64,000 nt of DNA, taken from positions 1 through 64,000 of the forward strand of contig NW_020845295.1 in the NCBI RefSeq assembly GCF_003704095.1, written 5' to 3'. This DNA is from Pocillopora damicornis (taxonomy: Eukaryota). Positions within the stretch are counted from its first letter, which is position 1, and every line of letters starts with the position of its first letter. Shown in pieces: positions 1-12,140 of this stretch. The notes beneath the pieces were generated by a model that was not told the origin of the DNA, ran no database searches, and saw only the letters and a list, made by a program, of their open reading frames with translations. The position numbers were made by a program, and so were the translations under genes.

Positions 1-2539
1 ATCTTCTTCAGGATCAAGCTTAATGAATTATTCAGTGGAGAATAGCAGTGCACACCACAGATACATGCAGATGGTACAACTCAGTAAACCAGACAATGTA
101 ACTCATATCCAAACCCGTCTGACGAACATCATTTCCGATGCAAACAATTCCTCGCTTTCTACCCATAAACTTTCTTTACTGAAGAATAACCTTGACGCTA
201 CGTTGACGAAAAGATCCAATCATTCATCATTTCCATCATCAAACATCATCCAAAATTTCACCTCAGACGTGAGCATCTTAACAGATTCTTCTTCTGATTT
301 TCTACGCGACATATATACAAACAGACTTGCTTTATCCAGTGTACAAAGTATAGATAGAACAATCTTTGCTACTAAAGGTTTCAAGGCCACTATCGCCAAA
401 TTATCATCTTTTTCTAAAGCGTCAGGTAAACGTTCTTATTGTTATTTTATTGTATAGGACAAACCCTTCGAGTACATGAAATCGAGTGTTCTTTGTAAAC
501 TTCTCGAATACAGAAATAAAAAAGTGAGAGAAGTCTGGGCTCTTGGTTTTCACTTCTTCGTTCAGCTTTCAGGCTTTTCTTTCCATTTTTTGAAGTTCCT
601 GTGATAAAATTATTTTCCGTTTTGTGGCGGTACTTTGTAACATCAGTATTCTCCTCAAAAAGTTAGTACTTGAGGCTCAACGTTTGTGTACCAGATGAAG
701 TTTTCCTGACTTAAGGCCAAACGTGTGCTTGTCAACGTTGATTTCTCTCGTTAGGTTGATTCTTTTAAATTTTGGTTGCTCCACAGAATCTGCAGGTTTG
801 GTCACTCTCATTTCTCAGAGAATCCAAGCTACCCCGAGTTTTTCGCTCCCCTCTCGGAAAGACAGCAACACGCCCGTAACTGGAGAGACTTATGCTCAAC
901 CTTCTGGCAGAATGTATTCGTTATCAACTCCAGCTCATCAAAGGCTTCAATCTTCTTCGCCTGTTTCCATTCCAGCGACGGCTCATAACCCTTTATTGGG
1001 AGACTGGACTACTCTGATGAAAACCACGTCATCGCGAAATTTCTTAAGCAAAAAGCCTCATACAAGAGTCGATCCGTCATCGACTCCTCACAGACGATTT
1101 GTTACTGAAATACACGTTTACACTTCGTTTCAAGGCCCTCAATCATCGTCACCAATGTCAACCACCTTTTCAACAATTGTAGGTACGTATGAGGATAACA
1201 ATAGCTTCAAAATAACCGCAGAATGTACAAAAAGCAGTCACATGGCACGTATTACAATTTTCTTAACTTCTTGTTATAAGTCTAGTGGTAATTAGTATAA
1301 ATCAACTGTTGTTCTCTCACAAATGCTGCAATTTGATTTGCTGCTCTACTCGTTAGTCACTCCGTTATAGCTATTTAGTAAAGTGAGTAACTTGATAGTG
1401 TACAGTATTTGAAAAAATGAATGAAAATAAACATATAGGCCTGTCTCGTTAAAATCTGAACAACTTGTAGATTCATACCAAAATGATAAGAGTATTCGGT
1501 CTAGCTTTGTATGTATGATAACGGTCACGCGATAGAAATTTCGAGCTCACCATTTAGTGCGAAATGCAGCGAGCTAATGATTAGCGAACTGAACCTGAGA
1601 TCATAAGTTTCGATCCTTGGTCATCCTTGGCTAGGATCAACGTTTCATGTCAGTTCCTGGGCACTCAAAGAGGTGTAACGTTTACTCTCGCCCCTCTCTG
1701 CTCAAGAACATGAAGCATTGGACAAATTTTCACGATATCACTAGTGGTGGAAATGAACTTGAGACTGATACGAAAAGACATGTACGACCAATTCAGTGAT
1801 GAAAAACGTGAGATGACTTTTAATTGCATTAATCGGACCGGTGTGGAATAAAAATTGGAGCATTTCTAAATTTATTTTTTCTTTAAGCTGGGGTAATTGA
1901 TGGTTCGTTGAAAAATCTAATTTTTCTCCTCCAGCTCAAGGCCCAACGGGTAAACCAGACAGGCCACCAATTTTGAAGTTCCCTTGGCACTTAACACCTT
2001 TTCTGGTCATCATATTTATCATCCTTGTGGTTCTTGCAACTTACTACTTACGTGTTCCTGACATTGTTCAAGCTATCATCCTTGCAGTAAAGGAAAAGAG
2101 GAAAAAAGAGAAGGAATCGAAAGCAAACGACCTTGACCTCGATACCGCAAACCTCGACTTGAGGAAGGGCAACTTCTCCACGGAAGGTTTGCAAACATCG
2201 CACTTTCATTCTTACCAGAGAGAGGTGTTTTACGAGGAGGCACTAAACTACGCATTTTTTGAGATGGCAGCAATGAAAACCGTCGAATTCTCTGTTCGGC
2301 TTGATGATGAAAACCAGCAAAATTCAGAATCGGAGGAATCTGTGGAAATATCTTGTGAAATGGAAGAGGAAGCCGTCAATAAAAAGCAAGGGTCTGATAC
2401 ACTAAGTGAGATGTTCCATGCTTGTGACTCTGATATTGAAACAAACAAACATGTACAAAAACGGTTTCCTTCCGTGGACCTAAGAAGGAGGAGCAACGAC
2501 TTACAACTCCAACATACAGCGCCTTCGTATGAAATGTAG
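1..2539 (+). CDS. 3' part of a Ser/Thr-rich (mucin-like stalk) single-pass membrane protein; 5' end outside window
   Basis: Exons <1-425 (donor G|GTAAAC), 787-1182 (CCACAG| ... G|GTACGT) and 1935-2539 (CTCCAG|, stop TAG). Both introns are phase 1 and join in frame. The S/T/P-rich ectodomain is followed by the hydrophobic segment FLVIIFIILVVLATYYL, a basic stretch KEKRKKEK and an acidic tail ending PSYEM. Confidence 0.8.
1565..1725 (+). mobile_element. Possible decayed tRNA-derived SINE
   Basis: GCAGCGAGCTAATGATTAGCGAACTGAAC ... GTTTCGATCC ... GTTCCTGGGCA ... TACTCTCGCCCCTCTCTGCTCAAG. Confidence 0.35.
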
Positions 2540-3983
2540 GATTAAATTTTCATAATCTTTTACGAGCTGGCAATACTGCTTCTATGAAAATAGTGAATAG
2601 AAACTGTAAAGATAATTTTCGTCCAAATTTAAGCTTGCAAAGATCCTTATATTTATTTGAAGTGATCTTAAAATCTTAGGCTTTATTTAAAATAACAGCT
2701 GACCTATCTATCTTTTGAATCCAAGTTTTTGCAAGAGACATACGTCATTGAAGGTAGTGAACAGAGTCAAGGATATTATTTTCACAATAACTTATGAAGG
2801 TTAGGTTTCCAACGCTGATAAATAAGCGCTTGCTTATGTACAAAGTCAAGGGTGAACCACATCCAAATTTATATTTGTAATACTTTTAATGGTCATAATT
2901 CGACTTAATTTCTGAGACAATCAGACTTCTCCATGATCAGCCATGGTTGCCATTCTTGAGCATAAGGGGTAAAATTATCTCCATTAGATGGAGTTAGATT
3001 TATAAAAACTTTAAACACACACAAACAAGACTCGTAAATTTGATATAATATCACAGGTGGATAATGGCTTCTAAGGCTGTTCCTTCCGTTCATCATAGAT
3101 ATTTGGTTTTCATGTCAACTTTTTTTAACGATAATTGATTAATTTGACAGATTAACAGATTAGCCGTTACTAACCTCATTCCAACAACAACCTCCCTACT
3201 TCAATCTCTTTTTCCCGTATTTAGAGCCAATCATTTCCTTATCTTAAAACCTCTAAAATTCGATTGGTCCAGTACAAGTAATGACCGCGCCCATGATGTA
3301 CACAGGATAGCCATTCGTTCACAATAATCTATAAATATTTCCTCGTTATTTACCCCATTACCCTTCCCTCCCCCACAAACAAAGGAAGTCAACCTTACGA
3401 TTGCCATATTTGTGAAGTCTTCCGGCTAATTAAAAGTCAATTTTATCCCGCCCACTTGGCTATGAGCCGAATTCAAATATTTAACTTGACTGAGCCATGC
3501 ATGTCTGTCTTGCAAGCTTGAAGTCATAACATGACTCTGTCCCAGGCGGCCGCATTTTTCTGCTCCAGTGATGGCCAAGCGATCGAATGACATTTGATTG
3601 TAAGTTTAATTTAGCATAAATAATGTTCTTTATGTGGTTTGAAATTACATCGATATACTTAAGCTCACAAAATCAAGCTGGTGCTTAAAATCATTACTAA
3701 AAATTGTTTTCAAAACAATAACCAATTCATTGGGCGAACTTTTGTTTGTGTATTTACACTGAGCAGGTACTCAAGGAAAATAAAACATGAGAATTACCAG
3801 ACCATTCAGTGTGTCACTGATATATTTTTTTGTGTAAATCTTTCGTCGATGTTGTATTGCAGGACCTACGTTTTCCGTGTTTTTTTTCGAAATATTAGTT
3901 TTTGCTGTTACAAAGAGCAGATTTCACGAAGGATGATGTTTTATGTGATGAAGTTCTATTGAGGGTCGGTCTAACAGGGTCTG

Positions 3984-6900
3984 ATGAGGGTCGACCACGT
4001 TCAAACTGCGTTAACGTCCCTCGTAGTTTTTCTACTCTTTATCCGGTTACATGGAAAAGCTATGAATGGAAGTGAATTCGGTAAGATGCCTTTGACGTTC
4101 ACATATTTTAAGTTTGTGTTTTTGTAGACATAAGAGTAACATTCAAAATTTACGGGTTTCCTAACACTCGTGAGCAATATGATTTGTAATTAACATGTCA
4201 CTGCAACAGCAGGGGTAGTAAAGTTTACAAAGATTAAAGTAACGTGGATTTCATCAAGTGTTTTGCAATTTAAGAAAATCAGTCCATTGAATAATAGGAA
4301 AATAATAGGTTTTTGGGGTTGGGTGGTGCGTAAACTTTGATCTGAAATTTGAGCTAGGGAAACCCTAGTTTTTTAGGGAGTTACAAGGTCAAAACCAAAC
4401 ATGGTGAATATAATCTGTAAGGTTGAAATACGGCTGAATTGGGCGTCGTCTGCATTTCTATAAAGAGGGTCTTGATGGGGTGATGGCTAAAATTTTGGCC
4501 ATTCTTGCGGCTAATAGTTAATTTTTCCGTTATGGTACTCTGATAATGACACTTACTACATTAGAAATGTTTTTACGGTTAACGTTTTTCACGACTACCG
4601 GTTAAATGTTGAATGTGTTCAATTTTTCTGCCAAACGGCTAAACTTTGGTTGTTTCTTTTATTAACGGTTAACCTCGTTGAGAACCTCTGTAGAGGAGGC
4701 GGTCCAGTCACTTTTATTGCTTTAAAAGGACAAATAGTGGTGAACCAGATTCCAAATCTGATTTATAGTTGAGTCAGAAACGATAGTTCATTCAAAACAT
4801 TTTGAAATAGTCAACAGGTTAGAATTTTCAACTCGGTTGGTGGTCAAAAGATTCTAAAAGCAGGTCTTAAGAAAGGACTGACCACTTTTGTAAACATCAC
4901 TGAGTTAAGAACACGCAATTGATCGTCCCACCCACGTGCACATGCACGATGTTCGAGTCACGTGTACCTCGCGACAAATCGTGTAACAGTTGTAAAGGCT
5001 GACCATTAACCAGAATTGATCGACCAGATAAGTCAATTTATGAGTGAAGCATATCCATCAGAATAGTGGTAAAATATAGGCAAACAGTTGCTAAGTAAAT
5101 AATGAAATTCTTGTTATAAATGAACCGAGATGGTCAGCTAGTCCTGATTGATGACCTGAGGCTTTAGTTCATCACGCTGTATGATTGGGCTGGAAAATTA
5201 GTACCAATTTCTCGTCAATCCGATTCCGGGCTAAACCAACTGCGACTTGGTCACTTGCGTTTTCCTGCGCTTCAGAAAGTTTGCTTGTTTTAGTCTCGAG
5301 TTTTTCATTGGCTCCGTATCGTATATATTTTTCTTCTGATTTGAAACTGTGGCCACTCTGATTTTGGTTTACCGAACCTCAAACTTAATGGCGCTTTATT
5401 GCGTTCAATTGGATAGCAGAAAGAAAGAACTTCGCCCAAACTCCTTTCAAGTGCTTCACCCCCTGTAACAGAATGTTTAGTGCCCCCGGGATTTCAGTTT
5501 ATTCTATAATAGTAAATAGAATGCAACTGCTCTTATTTCTCCAATAACAGTTATTATCGAAGGTGACATGATGGTTGATAAGCGCTTTATCGAGCATTAT
5601 ATGAGACGAATAAAAAAGCGTGGTGCCATCCTAAACCGAAGAGTTGGTGCGAGTTATTACTGGCCCGAAACAATAGTAGACGGAAACAAAATTGTGCGAA
5701 TACCCTATACACTGAACATTGGATTCTACAGTAGATTGTTCGGTAAGAAAAGTTATAACACGTAAATGATTCTTTCCCTTACCCTTCCACGTTCATTCCA
5801 TTTTACTGTTGTCAAATTGGCAAATTGATTCCTTGCTGCCATGCGTGTGTTCAATGATAGATCACAGATGATGTCAAGGTGTAATAGGAAAGCGCAGTCG
5901 AGTGTGACACTTATTTTGATGTCTTTTGTGATTTATAACCAAACAGACCAACTGTAATATGGAATCTATTTGTTTTATGCAATAGAGAAGCAAAAAGTGT
6001 TAATGGTGACGTTATATATGCGTCTGTCCTCCAATAGATCATAGCGCTTAGTTCAGCTTATTTACAATTCGGTGTTGTTGATGATAATGATGATGATTTT
6101 CATGAGGAGGGCTTCTGTTTGAAATATATCGCGTGTTTAAAATAGACCTCATCAGGAAATTATCAGCAATTTCAGTCATATCTGGGACTTCCTGCGAAGA
6201 AATATGTTGCATATTCCAAGAGGCTTTGTAATACAGATATACTCTATAAATTGACTATGGGTTGCTCTTGTCGTTCAGACTAATTTTGTTAGCCTGGATA
6301 CTATAGGGTAAGCCTTTAAAAAGCTCTCTTGCCACCGATTTAAAAGAGTTTTAAAGCACTTATTTGATAATTTTCCAAGTGAGGTAACGCTATACGCGAC
6401 ATGATAAATGGTATTATTTGATGTTTTCTTTTCAGGAAATGATATGGTAAATGGTTTTCTAGCAGCCGTCCAAGAATTTGCTAAGCGGACCTGCCTTCGT
6501 TTCGAAGAGAAAGAGGACGAAGACGAAGATTACTTAGAAATTTTCAGTGGTCCGGGGTAAGGAATTGAAAGATTGTAACGATGTTCCATTCTAATTTCCC
6601 CATGCATATGTATTAATCATTTGATGTGGCCTCTATGGAGTCTGATGAAGAAAAGATAGCCCACGTAGGAATGAACTCATTCACGAACGAACGCAAGTGT
6701 GCACGCACGCAGGCATGCACGAACAATGGATGGATGAATAAGAATGGATATTAGACAAGTAACGAAAAAGGATACTTAGAGCTAAGTTTAAAATGATCAA
6801 TCCCTTTCACAGTGTTAAGGTCTCATTCACCACATGATGAAGGGCTAACAATCGAGACGTAAGCTTTAGAGACTCTTTACGGTGGCCAGCTTACATTTTC

Positions 6901-9900
6901 AACTTAGTTGATGGAAGCAAATTATTTTGTAATGCCCTCCGCCGACGCAGTACCACAGTCTTTGTACAAACTTTTCCTCTTTTGATGAAAGTTGAGCCTC
7001 GCGGCTCTTTAAACACCTCGGCATGTCTTGCCTAGCTGATTATTCCCTGATCTGGATTGACAGATGCTTCTCTATGATTGGACGGCGCGGTGGCAAACAA
7101 GAAGTTTCACTTGGTAAAGGATGTGAGACGAAAGGGAAAGCGACCCACGAACTGATGCACGCCCTTGGGTTTTTGCACGAGCAGAGTCGAAAAGACAGAG
7201 ATCGACACGTTACTATCTTAACTCAAAATATTCTGGATGGTTTGTCAGAAATTCAATTATAAATGACACTTTCAATTTGGAATAACATATGACGTCAGAT
7301 ACTGTATGGAACTGCTTTAGAACAGATTTATCCGAACAATTCAGTCAGCCGTCTGGTTCGGTCAGTGAGTCTGATTCGGTCCACGATCAGAGTCAGTCAG
7401 TCAGTAAATGAGTCAAAAGTCAGTCATTTAGTCACGGTCAGTCAGTCAGTCTGTCAGTTAGTCAAGCAGTTGGTTAGTAAGTCAGTTAATTAGTCAGGCA
7501 GTCATTTGAACAGTCAAACAGGTGAATAATACTTGCTAGTCACTTCCGAACCAGCCAATGAGTGTTATTTACCTGTGTGGTACATACTTAGTATCAATAT
7601 TAACTACCTTTAAAAGGTGTTATCTTTTTTTTTTTTTTTTCACTCGGATTAAATGTTTCACAGTTTTATGCTCTGTTTACCTTTAAATTTGATATTTCCT
7701 CTTTCTAGTTGGAGTGTCAGAATTCAAGACGTATAACCAGGACAACGGCAACTTACCGTACGATTTTCACTCTATTATGCATTATAACAACAAGATTTTT
7801 AGCAAAAATGGTGAAGATACAATCCAAGCTCTCATCGACCCCAAGATGACCTTGGGGCAAGAATACGGACTTTCAGCATTGGACGTTGTAAGAGTAAACA
7901 TGTTATACAAATGTCCTCAGCTTCGGACGGATCGTAAGTGAATGTATGTTTTGTAATACACTTATCGTATCTACCTCTAGCTTTGGTGAATGGATTGTTC
8001 TGTCGGTTGAAGATTCAGTCAATCAGTGAATAAATATTCGATGAACGCGCCGATGATTGAATGGATGGATGAAAAAAAGAAGGAATGAAAAATGATTAAA
8101 TGAAGCAAACATTTAAAAAAGGAAGATGTGGGTAAATAAAGGAATCGAGTAGATAATAAATCAGATTGATTGATTGAATGAATGAAAATGAATAAAGGAA
8201 TGAATAGAAAAGTAGATAAATGGATGGATGGATGAACAGGAGGAATGATGGCTGAAATAGTTTCGACATTAAGACATAGAAACAAAAAAATTGCACAACC
8301 AGATATCAGCGTCACGCAAACCAGTTTGTCGTTTTCAAATCTTGACCTTCCGAGATTAATTAACTTTAACGGTATGCTCTTCTTTAAAGTTGCACAACTA
8401 AAAAATTTTTTTAATAATTACATTGTGCAATAGTGGTGCTCTACTTTGTCACTGTTTACACGTCTAATGATTACTGGGCCGGCACCGACTCAAGGGTTGA
8501 TATTGTACTTGACGGAGCGAAAGGGGACTCGGGAGAGATAGAATTGGAATCTCCTGAAGATGTTCCAGACCCATTTGAACGGGGAAGGTAAGAGTACTAC
8601 TTGCTTTATCTGTCACCTTCTAGTTGAACAAACCTGCTGTCTTATCCTTATTTGGCTTCAATCACATTGGTTGTTCCTGGAAGTGATGTTTTCGTATTAG
8701 TCAAAAGAGGATTAATATCCATATGAATAGTGACAATGATAATGATAATCATTTATTTCTAGGACTTTACATCAGTGCTTTTACAAAAATTGTAATAATT
8801 TAGGATCCGGGAACACCTTTACCATAATCATAATATAAAACCAAACAAAGAAGTAGATTGACATGCTCAAAGATTACATAAATAAGCCCTAAGTCTGTTT
8901 TAAAAATATCAACAGACGGGACGCTCCTCACGTCTAACAGAATTGTTCGTAAAACTACAGATGAGTATCGTGGTTAAGCATAAGTCGTTAATAGTGGTTC
9001 ACTTTTCGCCCGATTGTTGACGTCCCGCTCGTCATGAGAGCGGGGTGCTTGCGTACGAAGCTGGAAAATTTGAAGCTTTTTTTCATTTCAAGCTCTCTTT
9101 GAGGCTTGCCTTTGACTTAACAAGTATAGAGAACTGATAAAGAGACATTTTATATGATACTTGTTACCCAAAAAATATTTCTTATGTGATGATTAAATGT
9201 CCCTAATGTCTGAAATCTTATCATTTTCAGTAAGGATACATTTCCCGTAATTTCTCCTGCTGTTGGAGAATTAAAAAGGCTTCGTATCAGGTTGGTCGGA
9301 AGTAGCTGGAGCTGGTTCAATGGTTGGAAACTTGAAAAAGTAAGAAAAAAATTCTTTTCCGTCGTTCATCCTTGGAAAAGCTTTTAGGTCTTTATGACGC
9401 ATAGACAACAATAACTAGGACAACTTGTTAAAGGCGCACAGGACGAGAAAAGAAGCGTGGTTCATTTATACATCGGTGTTACTGTGCTTCTCCAACCCTT
9501 ATTGATATTTAGCACTGAAACGTTTAGTGCCAGCTATTTAAACAAAGTTTTAGACGTCGTGTAGCAAAACCGCGTTCCAAACTATCATGAATTTTGCTCA
9601 ATCTTTCAGCCGAACATTTATTTTTGTGAACTGTGTCAAGAGGTTCAAAAGCTAGCAGTGGAAAGGTATTTATTTCTCTTATAGAGAAAGGCCCACTGCT
9701 TGCGTAAAACTGCGGTTTGGCTTAGACCTCATGTAAATAACCGGCTCTCAGCATCGGTTATTGAAACGAGATCCAATTTTGGCGGCGGTTTTTGACGATC
9801 AATGGACTTTGAAAGTTCCTTATAGGGAGGTTTTGAAGTTATTAGATTTTTCTTTTAGTGTTAAATAGAAGCCCTTTGACAGTTTCGCAGAAACTTAAAG

Positions 9901-10456
9901 TTTTGAGGTTTTTTCCTGCTTGATTCAAGATTCTTTAGAGCGCGGTTTGGATGAAAAAAGTTTAAACTTTGCTTTAATAACTGGCCTTAAGGGTTGAAAC
10001 ATGATTGAGGTTCGCAAAAGTATTGTAGTTTGTGTCTACTTAAAAGAATATTGAGCAGTGGCGTGTAAAGGCCCCCCTACCCTTGATCCCCTACTCAGGC
10101 TTCCTACGGCTTTAGTCTCTTGCTCGAGCTTACCACCAACTAGAGGGGGGTAGAGGTGGATGAACTGCCGATGCGAATTTGGTAAGCTGATGCATCTTTA
10201 GTTCGATGTCACGAAGTTGGCGCGACGCCTTTTTTCTTTTCTTGATGATACAAAATCCTGTGATAACATTTCAGACCAATTGGTGTTCGCATGGAAGACA
10301 ACCTTTTTTTTTCTCTTTCTCTTATAGGTGAAAATAGAAACACCAGATAACAAGAAAATTCATTTCAAATATAATGAGTGGATTTATTCCGGCGATCATG
10401 TAACTTTGTCGCCCTCTACTAGGAGGAAAAGAAAGCGAAAACAGAAGATAGCTTAA
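3984..10456 (+). CDS. Secreted astacin-family (M12A) zinc metalloprotease with C-terminal PLAT/LH2 domain (paralogue A), 8 exons
   Basis: Exons 3984-4080, 5551-5742, 6436-6556, 7064-7239, 7709-7933, 8434-8587, 9231-9339, 10328-10456; GT-AG; phases 1,1,2,1,1,2,0. Signal peptide MRVDHVQTALTSLVVFLLFIRLHGKA. Pro-peptide IEGDM (Asp switch) and RRIKKR processing site. Zinc motif HELMHALGFLHEQSRKDRD and Met-turn SIMHY. PLAT signature YFVTVYTSNDYWAGTDSRVDIVLDGAKGDSG...FERGSKDTF...VGELKRLRI...WKLEKVKI...FKYNEWI. Confidence 0.92.
4461..4692. mobile_element. MITE-like element with imperfect TIRs
   Basis: AGAGGGTCTTGATGGGGT ... ACCTCGTTGAGAACCTCT with internal ACGGTTAA/ACGGCTAA motifs; a similar right end occurs at ~58720-58756. 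Confidence 0.5.
5822..6042. repeat. Palindromic interspersed repeat (copy 1)
   Basis: GATTCC..TGCCATG...ATCACAGATGATGTCAA / TTGATGTCTTTTGTGAT...ATGGAATC inverted arms; homologous to 13650-13945 in the opposite orientation. Confidence 0.6.
6831..6982 (+). mobile_element. Degenerate copy of the hammerhead-bearing repeat in astacin A intron 3
   Basis: ATGATGAAGGGCTAACAATCGAGACGTAAGCTTT...TTTACGGTGGCCAG...CCGACGCAGTACCACAGT aligns with 31531-31690. Confidence 0.7.
7340..7520. repeat. Degenerate (CAGT)n microsatellite
   Basis: GTCAGTCAGTCAGT units; similar tracts at 26575-26670 and 27635-27770. Confidence 0.7.
8040..8250. repeat. Degenerate (GAAT/GGAT)n microsatellite
   Basis: TGAATGAATGAA and TGGATGGATGGATG units. 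Confidence 0.7.
8733..8945 (-). mobile_element. 3' end of a LINE (CR1/L2-like) retroelement
   Basis: Minus strand encodes LLDVRSVPSVDIFK(fs)RLRAYL, typical of an ORF2 C-terminus, then a short UTR, AATAAA and an (ATT/CATT)n tail. Confidence 0.55.
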
Positions 10457-10521
10457 GCTTGTCGTTTACTCGGGGTAGTGCGATATAAGAGAGGAACTTT
10501 TGACCAGATCCCGGACAAAGG

Positions 10522-10685
10522 CGACGCATCCAATCCAATTATCTCGTTAATTTGTCCGTCAAAAAACCGGTCAATGTTCGGTCCACAATCGACCAATTGT
10601 GGTCGACGTATCCAATCCGACAATCTCGTTAACTTATCCGTCAAATAGTCGGTCAATGTTCGTTCTACAGTCGACCAATTGTGGG
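10522..10685 (+). repeat. 82-bp tandem duplication downstream of the astacin A stop
   Basis: CGACGCATCCAATCC...ATCTCGTTAA...GGTCAATGTTCG...TCGACCAATTGTGG repeated at 10522 and 10604. Confidence 0.8.
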
Positions 10686-10789
10686 CTGACTGATGACCGA
10701 CTATGAATCGATTATTTATCGTCTTTCGACCGATTAAAGGCTTTGGTCACCTCTTTTGACAACAAAAGCCTTGAATAAATGAGGAACTG

Positions 10790-10860
10790 CAACCTCGTTC
10801 CTGGGGTCCTCTCTCTTTCCCTCTCGAGTGAGGAAGGGAGAACACCTGAGAACGAGGTTT
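10790..10860. repeat. ~70-bp hairpin mini-element
   Basis: AACCTCGTTCCTGGGGT ... ACCTGAGAACGAGGTT inverted ends with a CT-rich/GA-rich interior. Confidence 0.65.
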
Positions 10861-11386
10861 GAGAAAATAAAGAGCAATATTGTTTTTATTTATTAACGGG
10901 AGGCACCTGTTACCCGTTGTATGAAGGATGGGAAATCTCACTGAAGGAAAAACTTCTTTAGCCTCGGTTGAAGACAACTCACTGCATAGAGTAAAAACTA
11001 TCAATGGTGATCACATGTAAAACAGATTATATATACAACAGTTTTTTGTAATTAAGGCTTTGAAAAGTTTTATTCTGTTATTTTGCCTGCGGGTTATAGC
11101 TTAGCTATTCAGTACTACTCTCTTAGAATTATTAGGAACATGGACTGTAACAAAATTTCAGTATAGTTTCGAGCAATTACGACTTCGTTTTTATTTTTTT
11201 TTGTACGTAGAGTTCATAAGATGAGATGGCTTTTATTTGTTTTGTAGAATACATTTAGCTTCACTTTTCAGTGTATAGTTTCAATTTGTGTACTCTCAAA
11301 AAAAAGCTGTCAATAAACAGTTCAAATTTCTTGTGCCTGAATATTTTATGAGGAGAGAGAAGATCAAAAACCATACAAGCTGACCG

Positions 11387-11451
11387 CTCGCAACAGACAA
11401 TCCTACCCTAAGACTGTGAGTCCGTAGATCAACGGAGGATGCCTGCTGCGA
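11387..11451. repeat. Short hairpin mini-element
   Basis: TCGCAACAGACAATCCT ... AGGATGCCTGCTGCGA imperfect inverted arms. Confidence 0.45.
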
Positions 11452-12140
11452 ACAGATATTTTGTTTAGTAGCAAGCTCATTAACTAGGGAAAACCTCATA
11501 TTTCCAAATTTTGTAACAGTCGAGTTTTACAGAGGGGTACTGGACAGTAGATGATTCGTGTATGCCAGGAGCCTATTACTGAAGTAATGGCCATGGGCTC
11601 CTGTGTATGCACGTATGTCTAGTTACTTCGGATGCAAATGATTTTTCATTGTTTAAGAGTAAAACTTTTGCGGAGTTCTGTTTTGCAGATTTTTTTTCTT
11701 TCTAAATTTTTGAGGATCAAGTGCTATTTTCTATCCAAAAAATTAAAACCCGAAGATATCCATGCCACAAGCAGGAGCTCATACATTCCTTGTATTCTTT
11801 GTTTCAAAACCTTCTTTTTGCGCCTTACTTCTTATCAGCGGACGGTGGATTGATTGAGTGGCACAGTGGAAGACCATTAGATTTTAATCCGATCCCCTAA
11901 GCAATATTATTTCTAAAGTTTCGTTCTGTTTTTGCTTTTTTTTTTCACGGTGCTCTTTTCATTTGGAAAAGACCTACAGAGGTGCGACTGTGTTTGAGCA
12001 TGCAGTTGAGAAGGTCAGCTGACTCTCCTTTATTACGCATGCTAAATTTTGCCGGGGGAAGAATCGCGGGAAGACGAAAATTGCACATGGAGTGAAGAAA
12101 AGAGGTATCCATTAGATCGCCGGCAAAAATATACCTCAGG

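Noticed and set aside
3681-3962. 93-aa ORF / ATG at 3787 as the astacin start
   Set aside because: ATG 3787 hits a stop after 16 codons; ATG 3984 gives a signal peptide and a phase-compatible donor
3981-4006. CTGATGAG-GGTC-GACC resembling a hammerhead core at the astacin A start codon
   Set aside because: No GAAA after the stem and no stem I/III; the sequence is explained as 5' UTR plus signal-peptide codons
11545-11626. SECIS element (ATGA at the base of a hairpin)
   Set aside because: No matching 3' GA quartet, no AAR loop at the right spacing, and no in-frame TGA in the upstream gene
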